Of a stretch of DNA of 32,000 nt, positions 18,405 through 26,800 are shown piece after piece (positions within the stretch are counted from its first letter, which is position 1; each line of letters opens with the position of its first letter). Under the pieces are notes generated by a model, which was not told where the DNA came from, ran no database searches, and saw only the letters and a program-made list of their open reading frames with translations. Origin of the DNA: Candidatus Lokiarchaeum ossiferum (lineage in GTDB: Archaea; Asgardarchaeota; Lokiarchaeia; Sigyniarchaeales; Promethearchaeaceae); assembly GCA_025839675.1 (NCBI GenBank), contig CP104013.1, forward strand, positions 210,001 through 242,000. The letters are read 5' to 3'. A program made the translations under genes and the position numbers.

Positions 18405-18462
18405 AAGTTTAACTATGGTTAAACCTTTGAAGGTTAAACGATAGTTTAACGATGGTTTAAAC
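18405..18462. repeat. five phased GTTTAAC/GGTTAAAC/GGTTTAAAC motifs (~12-bp spacing)
   Basis: GTTTAAC 18407-18413; GGTTAAAC 18418-18425; GGTTAAAC 18432-18439; GTTTAAC 18444-18450; GGTTTAAAC 18454-18462. The array includes the tandem AACGATaGTTT AACGATgGTTT. Confidence 0.8.
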
Positions 18463-18544
18463 ACAAAGAAAATGTGATAACTATAATTATAGAAAGCAAA
18501 TTCTTTACAAAATTTGGATTTCATATTTCATTTTAGAACTAACT

Positions 18545-20122
18545 CTAATTTTTATTAATCTCTATTTCCAAACACGATCCATGATAAATATTTTGATTAT
18601 AAATTTTAAAAGCTGAGCTTTTTTTCAGAGTAATTTCCCAATCCATATCTTGAATTATAATAATTATTTTTCCTGTAAATTGGGACAACTCTGTTTTTGT
18701 AGGAATTATGGATGTCATCATCGATATACTAAAAGCAAATTGTGTTCCTAAGAATTTTAGGCTAATTGAAAACTCTTTCAATCCGATTATAATTTTTCCT
18801 TCATAATCCTTATCAAAATCTATTGTTGAAATTGAAATTTTTGCTAATAAATTAGGAGGAAAGAGAGGAAATGAATCTCTTATATATTGGTAAGGAGCAG
18901 AAATAAAAGCTCTAATCGAATGATTATATTCTTCATTTTTTTCTTTATTTAAAGATAATCGCCCATATTTATCCATATCAAAAAAGTCATCAAGATGAAT
19001 TAGTTTGAAATATAATTTTAATAACCATTCTTTAAATTCAGTATATTTATTAATAATATCTTGAACATCATGTAATTTACGAGATCCTTTTATAATTTCA
19101 TCAATCGATAATCCTTTATGAAATAAATTATTCCGAGTAGAATGCATAAAATCAATTAATTCTTCATCATAATTTATTTCATCTAATTCAGAACACATAA
19201 GTTTTATTTGATCCTTTATTCTTGGGAATTTCCATAATTCTTTACATATTATTTCTGATATTTTTCTCGGCGAATACTCTTTATAAATAATATCCTGCGT
19301 TCTTATCATTCTTTCTACTTTTTCTGTTAACTTATTCTTTTTTTCTTTAGAAATTGTGATCAATTTCTTTTTTTCCCAGTTTTTAATATTACTCCTGATT
19401 GCCTTGGTAATTTCTTGAATTTTAACTAAACCTTTGTTGTTAGTTTTTAGATTTTTTTTTAGATATCTATGAATTTTTTTTTTTAGCTTTTCTAATTTTT
19501 TCTCACTTATCAAAGTGTTTTGTTGTTTATTCTTGAAATAGGTGCTTGTAATATGTTCTAAAGATAACCAACCTAAACCTATACTTTGATCGATAGTATT
19601 TTGATTAAAACTTTGAATCAAAATTCTCAAGCGAGATGAGTAATCATTATTCTGAAAAAATAAATTCCATAATTGGGAAATACAAAACCGAAATAATTGA
19701 GGTGTACCTATTAAATATGGGATTCGAGCATAAGGTTTGTAAAATTCAATTTGAGAAGGATAACTTTCTAAAATTCTTACTACATTGTTTCTTGAATTGA
19801 AATGAAAACAATTGGTAATTTGAATACGATAATTCATTAATAATAAACATAATTCGGTAAATGGTGATAATAAAGCATAGACCTCATCAATTATTTTTAT
19901 TTCTTCAGGAAGATCAACATCTAAATATAACCAAATGTTAGAATTTACGTCCATCTTAAATCTATCTAACACATTTTCAGAAACTGGATGAGAATCATAA
20001 TATGATTTCATTCGGATATTTTCTTCAGGAGCTAAAATAAATTTTTCAAATGCATCTAATTCAATTTTTATTGGGAAATTAAGATGAATACCTCTTATTT
20101 TTACTAAGATTCGATTAAGCAT
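18545..20122 (-). CDS. hypothetical 525-aa protein with a HEPN-type Rx4H motif (candidate RNase toxin/abortive-infection effector)
   Basis: Last gene of the integrase operon. Motif HSTRNNLFHKG (R330-x4-H335, nt 19118-19135) matches the HEPN RNxxxH signature. It lies in a helical region after a Lys-rich segment. No other motif recognised. Confidence 0.4.
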   Translation of the reverse strand: MLNRILVKIRGIHLNFPIKIELDAFEKFILAPEENIRMKSYYDSHPVSENVLDRFKMDVNSNIWLYLDVDLPEEIKIIDEVYALLSPFTELCLLLMNYRIQITNCFHFNSRNNVVRILESYPSQIEFYKPYARIPYLIGTPQLFRFCISQLWNLFFQNNDYSSRLRILIQSFNQNTIDQSIGLGWLSLEHITSTYFKNKQQNTLISEKKLEKLKKKIHRYLKKNLKTNNKGLVKIQEITKAIRSNIKNWEKKKLITISKEKKNKLTEKVERMIRTQDIIYKEYSPRKISEIICKELWKFPRIKDQIKLMCSELDEINYDEELIDFMHSTRNNLFHKGLSIDEIIKGSRKLHDVQDIINKYTEFKEWLLKLYFKLIHLDDFFDMDKYGRLSLNKEKNEEYNHSIRAFISAPYQYIRDSFPLFPPNLLAKISISTIDFDKDYEGKIIIGLKEFSISLKFLGTQFAFSISMMTSIIPTKTELSQFTGKIIIIIQDMDWEITLKKSSAFKIYNQNIYHGSCLEIEINKN

Positions 20123-20157
20123 AAAAAAAGAGATATTTATTTCTAATTAAGCTTTTC

Positions 20158-21120
20158 CTAATAAGGGAAAAATTGATCATAAAGCTTTAATCTTTCTTTC
20201 CCTGATTTATCATTCTGCGTATATCGTTTAAGATATCTTTGGGCATTCACCCCAGATGGTGTTTGATTCAATAGAATTGAGCGAATACCTGTATCTAGCA
20301 ACCCGTTTTCAACCCAATGGCTATTAATTGCATCTCGGAACAAGTGGGGATTTACGTGGCGTTTCGGGTAATCAGAGAGTATTTTTCTTACCGTTTTAGT
20401 TTCAATAGGAAAGAGAAATTCTTGATCAGGGTTCTCGAACTGTAATTGCACTAGATATGATTCCAAGTGCACTTTGAATTTGCGAGGGAAGAAATACCGA
20501 TTCCATCCGGTTGATCCTTCTGTCGGTTTCTCTTGTGTTTGAAACGTACGATTCTTCATGTCTATATTTTTAATTTTTATCGCACATAAACCACCAACAC
20601 GACATCCTGAATAAGCTAACATAGAAACTAGTACATAATCTCGCATGGATCGATTCTGATAAAAATCCTCAATCTCAAAAATGTCTTGAAATGAAAGAGC
20701 ATCTCGTTCGACTTTTCCAGCAGTATCCGTAAATTTGAAAAAATCGTTTGAGAAGATATAACTGTAATCATAATCAACTTGTTTTTTATAAGCTCGTGAT
20801 TCGCCTAAGAGATATTTAATGAAAGCACTTAAATTCATTCTGTATTTGATTTTCACTTTATCTCGCAAAATTCGAGATTCTAAATGCTTGAAAAACGTTT
20901 TGAATTGATCGGGAGTTATTTCTAATACTGAATTGACTTCAGGAAAGTTTTCTTGGAAATATTTAAACCCGTAATAGCAATTCTGACTTATATTTTTCTT
21001 TGTTGCAGGGGATCGTTTAGATACGATAAATTCCTCAAATTTTACCTGATCTTTCGGTAAGACAACATGAGGTGTTTTTGGAAACACTTTTCCTAGATTT
21101 ACATTCATTTGCGATACCAC
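20158..21120 (-). CDS. tyrosine recombinase / phage-type integrase
   Basis: 320 aa. Catalytic-type contexts are present: AYSGCRVGGLCAIKIKNID (Arg), PHLFRDAINSHW (HxxR) and AQRYLKRY (Tyr). It is too divergent to be the chromosomal XerA type. Confidence 0.8.
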   Translation of the reverse strand: MVSQMNVNLGKVFPKTPHVVLPKDQVKFEEFIVSKRSPATKKNISQNCYYGFKYFQENFPEVNSVLEITPDQFKTFFKHLESRILRDKVKIKYRMNLSAFIKYLLGESRAYKKQVDYDYSYIFSNDFFKFTDTAGKVERDALSFQDIFEIEDFYQNRSMRDYVLVSMLAYSGCRVGGLCAIKIKNIDMKNRTFQTQEKPTEGSTGWNRYFFPRKFKVHLESYLVQLQFENPDQEFLFPIETKTVRKILSDYPKRHVNPHLFRDAINSHWVENGLLDTGIRSILLNQTPSGVNAQRYLKRYTQNDKSGKERLKLYDQFFPY

Positions 21121-21602
21121 CTCTTTCGAGCAGATTGCTCGATTTTGCCCGTTTTTTGTAATGTCACTAAAGATTCTAAAACTTTTGCAGGACTTTCATT
21201 ACAATAGGTTGCAATTTGGTTTAAAAACAAACGTTTTTCACCAAGATTAGAAAGGATTTGTTCTTCTAATGAAATATTGGTTTCACTAGGCTTATTTGAA
21301 AGATTTTGCATTAACATACTCATGCTAAATTCTTTATCTTCCAATTTTGAAACCAATTCAGAAATTTTCCCTAATTCTGTTAAAACGTTTGAAGACTTAC
21401 CATTTGATTGTGTTCGATTGTAGATGACATTATCAACGCAAAACATTATGAATTCAGAAATATTTTGGTTGTGCTCAAGAGCTTTCGCCTTGATTTGGGC
21501 TTTTTTTCCTTTTGAGATTTTGATACCGATGAAATCATCCTTCACAAGAGAAGGATAATGATATTCAGTATTTCTCTTGCTTTCATCAATTTTAGTTGCC
21601 AT
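21105..21602 (-). CDS. RHH-like N-terminus plus wHTH-like C-terminus DNA-binding protein (166 aa)
   Basis: The track lists 21105-21704. That 5' extension overlaps an unlisted RHH gene in another frame. The ATG at 21602 (MATKIDESK) lies inside that gene's stop region, which suggests translational coupling. RHH-like segment IGIKISKGKKAQIKAKALEHNQNISEFIMFCVDNV. wHTH-like segment LFLNQIATYCNESPAKVLESLVTLQKTGKIEQ. It overlaps the integrase start by 16 nt. Confidence 0.6.
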   Translation of the reverse strand: MATKIDESKRNTEYHYPSLVKDDFIGIKISKGKKAQIKAKALEHNQNISEFIMFCVDNVIYNRTQSNGKSSNVLTELGKISELVSKLEDKEFSMSMLMQNLSNKPSETNISLEEQILSNLGEKRLFLNQIATYCNESPAKVLESLVTLQKTGKIEQSARKRWYRK

Positions 21603-21756
21603 TATTTTCTTCTCCGTGGTTTTCGAGGAATTCGTATAAGACTTCTCGCACAACATCCGAGAAGTAATCAGCTTTGCGATGCGGTTTGTGTTGTTTGAAT
21701 ACATCCCGAACGTTTTCTAAGAGATCTTCACTTAGTTTTAGTGTGATTTTTTTCAT
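21592..21756 (-). CDS. ribbon-helix-helix (CopG/Arc-like) protein, 54 aa, not in the ORF track
   Basis: Hand translation: MKKITLKLSEDLLENVRDVFKQHKPHRKADYFSDVVREVLYEFLENHGEENNGN. This is a classic RHH pattern of a beta strand and two helices. It is the first gene of the minus-strand integrase operon. Confidence 0.7.
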   Translation of the reverse strand: MKKITLKLSEDLLENVRDVFKQHKPHRKADYFSDVVREVLYEFLENHGEENNGN

Positions 21757-21874
21757 GTTAGTCTCTACTTACTCTATAAGAAGTGTGAGGTTAAAAAGTT
21801 ACTATAATAGTGGACAAATATTCTACCTTAGGGATAACAATAAAACTTATGATTACTCGATTGTTACTACAAAT
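21757..21874. promoter_or_regulatory. divergent promoter region between two RHH genes
   Basis: AT-rich 118-bp gap with TATA-like TTACTATAATAG. It also has a TTAGGGATA motif (21828-21836) resembling the GTAGGGTA repeats at 27.3-27.7 kb. Confidence 0.4.
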
Positions 21875-22093
21875 ATGGTCGATTATAAATCTATGAAGAT
21901 TCCTATTAAAATTTGGAATACATTTGATGCGTATATTAAAACTCACACCACTTTGAACGATTCTGCTACGACTATGATTCATGAAGTCATTAAAAACAAA
22001 GCAAAAGAACTTCTTCAAGAAATGATAAAGGAAATGGAGGAAAAAAAAGCGAATTGGGAAACAGTTAGAGACCAACTTGATTCAATATCCTAA
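21875..22093 (+). CDS. small RHH-like protein (72 aa)
   Basis: This is an internal ATG of track ORF 21674-22093. The upstream part of that ORF overlaps the minus-strand RHH gene and the promoter gap. Sequence: MVDYKSMKIPIKIWNTFDAYIKTH...TTMIHEVIKNKAKELL. Confidence 0.5.
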   Translation: MVDYKSMKIPIKIWNTFDAYIKTHTTLNDSATTMIHEVIKNKAKELLQEMIKEMEEKKANWETVRDQLDSIS

Positions 22094-22261
22094 AATTTTA
22101 ATAAGTGAATCCAAACCAAGTTTTTTTAACCTTTCTTTAACTTCTTGTTGCAATTTTAAAATATCTTGCTTTAATTTTACATACTGTTTATAATACATAT
22201 CTAATTCAGAATCTTCAATTGGATCATCATTTGCGGTTTTTTCTTGTGTGTCGAGTGCCAT
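22082..22261 (-). CDS. small coiled-coil protein (59 aa), not in the ORF track
   Basis: Hand translation: MALDTQEKTANDDPIEDSELDMYYKQYVKLKQDILKLQQEVKERLKKLGLDSLIKILGY. It is convergent with the preceding gene. Confidence 0.4.
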   Translation of the reverse strand: MALDTQEKTANDDPIEDSELDMYYKQYVKLKQDILKLQQEVKERLKKLGLDSLIKILGY

Positions 22262-22683
22262 ATTTTTTCCCTGTGTTAGTATTTCTTAGCGAAGTTCAAA
22301 GACACATAATAAATATGAAAGTTATGCAAATGAACTTCTATAGTATAATATTAAATAAGAATAATTTAGTATTAAAAGGCTCTAATTGTGAGATAACAAT
22401 ATCACTTGATTAATCCACTAACAAATATTTTAGATCCATAAAATTACGTGAAATTTTAGGTGTTTATGAATATCCATAAACATTTTAAAAAAGAATCTAA
22501 AAATAGGGACTAATTATTAGTCTAAAAATAACCGACATATAAAAATAGGTGATATTTTCTGATTTAAAATCCTTCAATTTTCTCAAACGGTTCTATTCGC
22601 AGTAAACTAAGCCAGAATTGAACAAAATTTTCAAATTTGTCGACAAAAAATGGCCATGTAGGATAGGTAGAGTTAAAAAAATC

Positions 22684-22728
22684 ATATATAAACCTATTGA
22701 TCAATTTATAATCCATAGGTTTATATAT
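22684..22728. repeat. perfect 14-bp inverted repeat with a 17-nt spacer
   Basis: ATATATAAACCTAT (22684-22697) and ATAGGTTTATATAT (22715-22728), inside a ~750-bp ORF-free region. Confidence 0.8.
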
Positions 22729-23013
22729 TTAATGAATACTGACTTCAATTTCAACAGAAGAAGGATGAAATCTATTTGAGGTCCGACTAATATTTTTTTA
22801 AGGTCTTTATCTCAATTCATTGATTTTTACAACTTCATAATGGGCTACTACAATCTTTTAGAATGAGTTCAATTTTTCCAATATGCCTATAAATTACTTA
22901 GAATTCATCCGATTCTTTTCTAAAAAACTGTACTGTGCCGTTACTTTATAAGGAAGATATTGTTTGAGTATCATAGTGTTCAAAATGGGTACTAAACTCA
23001 CAGTGGTGTAAAT

Positions 23014-23196
23014 ATGGAAACTCTAACTCATGTGCGAATAAATCGACGTATTGCTCAAGAAACAAGAGAATTAGGATATACTCTAACTCCCTACATTGAA
23101 ATATTATTGAGGGAGAATAACCAACTTACCAGAGAAATTCGCAAAAGGCGATTTGAATCAGCATTAGAAAAAGCTAACGACCTGCTTCGAATTTAA
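23014..23196 (+). CDS. ribbon-helix-helix (CopG-like) protein, 60 aa
   Basis: METLTHVRINRRIAQETRELGYTLTPYIEILLRENN... fits a beta strand plus two helices. It is the first gene of the replication module. Confidence 0.65.
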   Translation: METLTHVRINRRIAQETRELGYTLTPYIEILLRENNQLTREIRKRRFESALEKANDLLRI

Positions 23197-23212
23197 ATAG
23201 GGGAAAAAACTC

Positions 23213-23509
23213 ATGAACACCCAAAAATCAACCTTAAAACACAAATTCACTCAACCTCCCAAGATAATCTCTGAGCAATCTTTCAAACGAGTGGATGCAA
23301 TTTGGGATTTAGGAGAAAAAACGGATGTTCATGAGTTTCAACTTCTTCCAATCCAAAAAAAACTAGTCTATTTTTTGAATATTATAACTCCAAATACTGC
23401 GTTTTTTGCACGAATAAGTCAAAAAGAAAAAGAAGCATTCTCAAGGTCTCCAGCCCTGAGAATGGGACGAATGATCACAAAGAAAGAATCAGTAAGTATA
23501 TTTACTTAA
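23213..23509 (+). CDS. hypothetical protein (98 aa)
   Basis: ORF 17 nt downstream of the RHH gene, same strand. No motif recognised. Confidence 0.5.
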   Translation: MNTQKSTLKHKFTQPPKIISEQSFKRVDAIWDLGEKTDVHEFQLLPIQKKLVYFLNIITPNTAFFARISQKEKEAFSRSPALRMGRMITKKESVSIFT

Positions 23510-23615
23510 TTCTTCCTTAAAAATATTTGTTATTGAGCTATCAATAGCTCATATGCGATGTTGATGATCGTTTCTAATCACACACTTTCTCTTTTTGAGC
23601 ACCTAAATATACTAA

Positions 23616-23852
23616 GTGATCACAATGATACAACAAGAAACAATAAAAAATACGCAAGAATTAACTCAAAAGCCGAACGCAAAGAAGGGAAGTTCACGGC
23701 TCCTCTTCTTTGCTAACAAATACGCAACTTTTCATTTTATTCAACACAAAAACGCATCTGCTAATTATTTTAAATTAGCATGGGCTAATAAAGTATCGCA
23801 CACCTCATTTGTACCGTTTTTTGTTGCTATCGTCATTGGAGGAATGAATTAA
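23616..23852 (+). CDS. hypothetical protein (78 aa; ATG alternative at 23625)
   Basis: Its stop TAA (23850-23852) directly abuts the ATG of the replication gene. The C-terminus is hydrophobic (FVPFFVAIVIGGM). Confidence 0.5.
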   Translation: MITMIQQETIKNTQELTQKPNAKKGSSRLLFFANKYATFHFIQHKNASANYFKLAWANKVSHTSFVPFFVAIVIGGMN

Positions 23853-26800
23853 ATGAAATCCGAAAATCAAGCGATCAACACTTCGAATCCGTTTAAGAAG
23901 AAAAATACACCCCATCTTAATTTTGTAGTTGGTTTAAATGGATCAATCTATAAAAAAGAAGACACTTTAAGAGAAAAATACAAAGAATTCTTTGAGAAAT
24001 ACAATCCAAAAACAAATTTTGGTGATATTTGCTTACATCACAAAGAATACTTAAAAGAAATCCCCTATGAAGACCGAAAGTGGATTCGATTTAGCCGACA
24101 ATTAAAAATTTGGCGAATTATGACATGTGCGAGTTTTTCCGACGATAGATTACAATTTAGAACTGTTCCTGTCAGCAAAAATGGATTTATTTCTTGTGGA
24201 ACTCAACCTGAATATCAAGGACGATCTTTGGTATTTTTGGATTACGATGTGCCAAAAAATGAAGAAGTCACGTTTAATCTGGAAGCATTAGATAAAGCTT
24301 TAGGAGAATATGCTGATACTTTCACACAAGCAACTCCTACTGGAGGATTTCACAAAGGATATTATTTAAAAGAGCCGTATTTTGAGAGGGATGGAAAAAA
24401 GATAGATATCACTCCTGCAAATACTCAAGAAAAATCGCTTGAAGATCATACCGAATTAACTCAGAAACTAGGGTTGCAAGCAGTTGATATTAGAGGAAAA
24501 GGAGGCAAAATTTTTGCTTCAGGAACAAAATTTGTAGAACATGGGTTAAAAGAATATAAAATCGTGAATGCAAATCTTCCAATGGAAATAACCTTGCAGG
24601 AATTTAGTGAAATCACAGGACTATTCCTCCCAAAAGAATTATACGATCCATTTGAAAATCTGAATAAAGCTCAAAATCGGAAACGGGTAAGTAAATTGAA
24701 AAAGAAAACTTCTTCGCCAAATTCAATAAATTCCGATTCAAGCGAGATTCCTATGAAGATTCGAGAAGGGTTTAAGGATATATTAGAAGGAACAGTCGCT
24801 ATTGAAGATCTTAAACTCGAAAAATTTAAGATATTTTCAGCTCTCTTCCGGGAATGTCTAAATTGTGAAATGATACAAGAAGAAATCATTTCCTTTCTTG
24901 AACTGAACCAAGGTAGTTTTAAACGGTCAGAAACAGAAAATAATCTTAATTCACAAGAAAAATCTGATAATTGGGAAAAAAGACCAACTAAAGAGCATTA
25001 TTCTGAAATATTTTCAGAGTACCTAATCAAAAAAGCACAGACACAAATAAGTAAAATACTTGAAACACTTGAACCTGAGAATTTTACTGATTCCCAAATT
25101 TTAGAATTAATCCATTTAGCAGATACAACAGCAGATAGAATTAAACTTAAGAAAAAGCTGAAGGAAAAAATTGAGTTAACTAGTAAAGAATTCGATAAAT
25201 ATGTATCCTTATTTACAAAAAAACAAAACGAACTAAATGATAGGGCTAAGGAGGTTTACTATAAATCAAAAGAAGAATTAACTGTAAAATTTGACAAAGG
25301 AGATGATCGGAATAAATTCGACCAAGCTTTTAAACTAGAGAAATGCTCTCTTAAAGGGATTCACAGAGAAAAAGTAGGAAAGGAATTTGAATCCTTTTCC
25401 TTCATTGAAATTGTGGATGGATGTAAAAAATTCCAAGAGATCACCGCTCGTTTACGAAATCAAACTCAAAACTCTAATAGAATTTCGGTAGATACCCGAA
25501 ATAACATATTTGCACATGCTTTTAAAGATGTGTTATTGGAAAATGGACGGTTTATTTATGATATAGAAAACACACCTTATTTCTTTCGGAATAAAGAGAA
25601 GGATGTGTTAGAGATCGGGGTTAAAAAAGAACATGCTGAATTTTTAGCCTATATCTCAAAATGGGGGATAAATCATAAAAATAGGGAAGGAAACGTAATA
25701 ATTCAAGAACTGGTGAACTATTGTCTGAAGATGGGAGAAAAAGTTCAAACATATCAACAATCCCATTATGATAAGCTGAGAAAACAACTCTATATCTTTG
25801 ACGGAGTAAATCAAATCTTTCGACTTGATGGCAATCAGATAGTCAAAATTGATAATGGGGAAGATGGAGTGTTTTTCAGATCTGCATTCCGTAATAATCC
25901 TATAGAATTAGTAGATGAAATTGATGAAAAAAGGATTTTTTATGGGAAATTACGTGATGGAAAGTATCTATTTCAACGTATGACTTCATGTCGAATCAAT
26001 TTTAGTGAGACCGAACTATCTATTGAACAAAAGGCATTTCTTTACGATGTTTATTTTATTGGGATTATGTTTAGAGAGCTTTTCTCAGAACGTGCAGGTG
26101 CTCTTTTTATTGGAGATACAGGATCAGGAAAAACTTTAGCTCACTCCTATTTTAGCTTATTTTACACCAATGAAGAACCATTTTCACTTACCAAAGATCA
26201 GCGAGATTTTCGAACCACGTTGAATCATTTTGAATTGGCAAATTTTGAGAATGTAGATACAAATTATAATAATGAATTTGATGATATTATCGCTTCAACA
26301 ATAACAGGAAGTGGAAATACTCCCCTTAGGGAATTACATACCACAAAAAAATCAAGTATTCTCAAACCAAAGACTTGGATCATATTTGACGCACGAACGC
26401 CCCGTTTTTTGCGAGCAGACAATTTGAATCGATTTGTAATGTTCAAACTTGATTCATTTCAAAACTCTATTGGCGAATTCGAAGTTATACAAAGAGATGT
26501 ATTTAAGAAAGTATTTGAAGAGCCAGCTATTCTTAATGAGATTTGGAGCGAATTATTTGTGGTGTTCAATCAAATTATAAGAAAACTACAAAGCACTAAT
26601 AACTCTGAAATTAAGAAATATCCTTTAAGAATCGCTGAGTTTGCCCGGTTCATGGAAATCTGTGGGGATATTTTTGAAAAAGATGAGAAATTTGTGAAAA
26701 ATACTATGAGGGCTTTAGCGAAGGAACAACAAGAGATCGGAAATCAAGGTACCCCATTAGATACAATTTTTCAAAATCTTAAAGGTGAATGGGAAAAACA

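Noticed and set aside
21603-21874. N-terminal extensions of track ORFs 21105-21704 and 21674-22093.
   Set aside because: Both extensions overlap the strongly RHH-like 54-aa gene (21592-21756) or the promoter gap. Internal ATGs at 21602 and 21875 give coherent gene models.
22219-22413. 64-aa plus-strand ORF.
   Set aside because: It starts inside the minus-strand 59-aa gene and runs into AT-rich intergenic DNA. It has no motif and an implausible composition.
24671-26446. Track ORFs 24671-24889 and 26264-26446, antisense to the PrimPol-helicase gene, and 29789-30050, antisense to the TIR-like gene.
   Set aside because: They are shadow ORFs inside better-supported genes.
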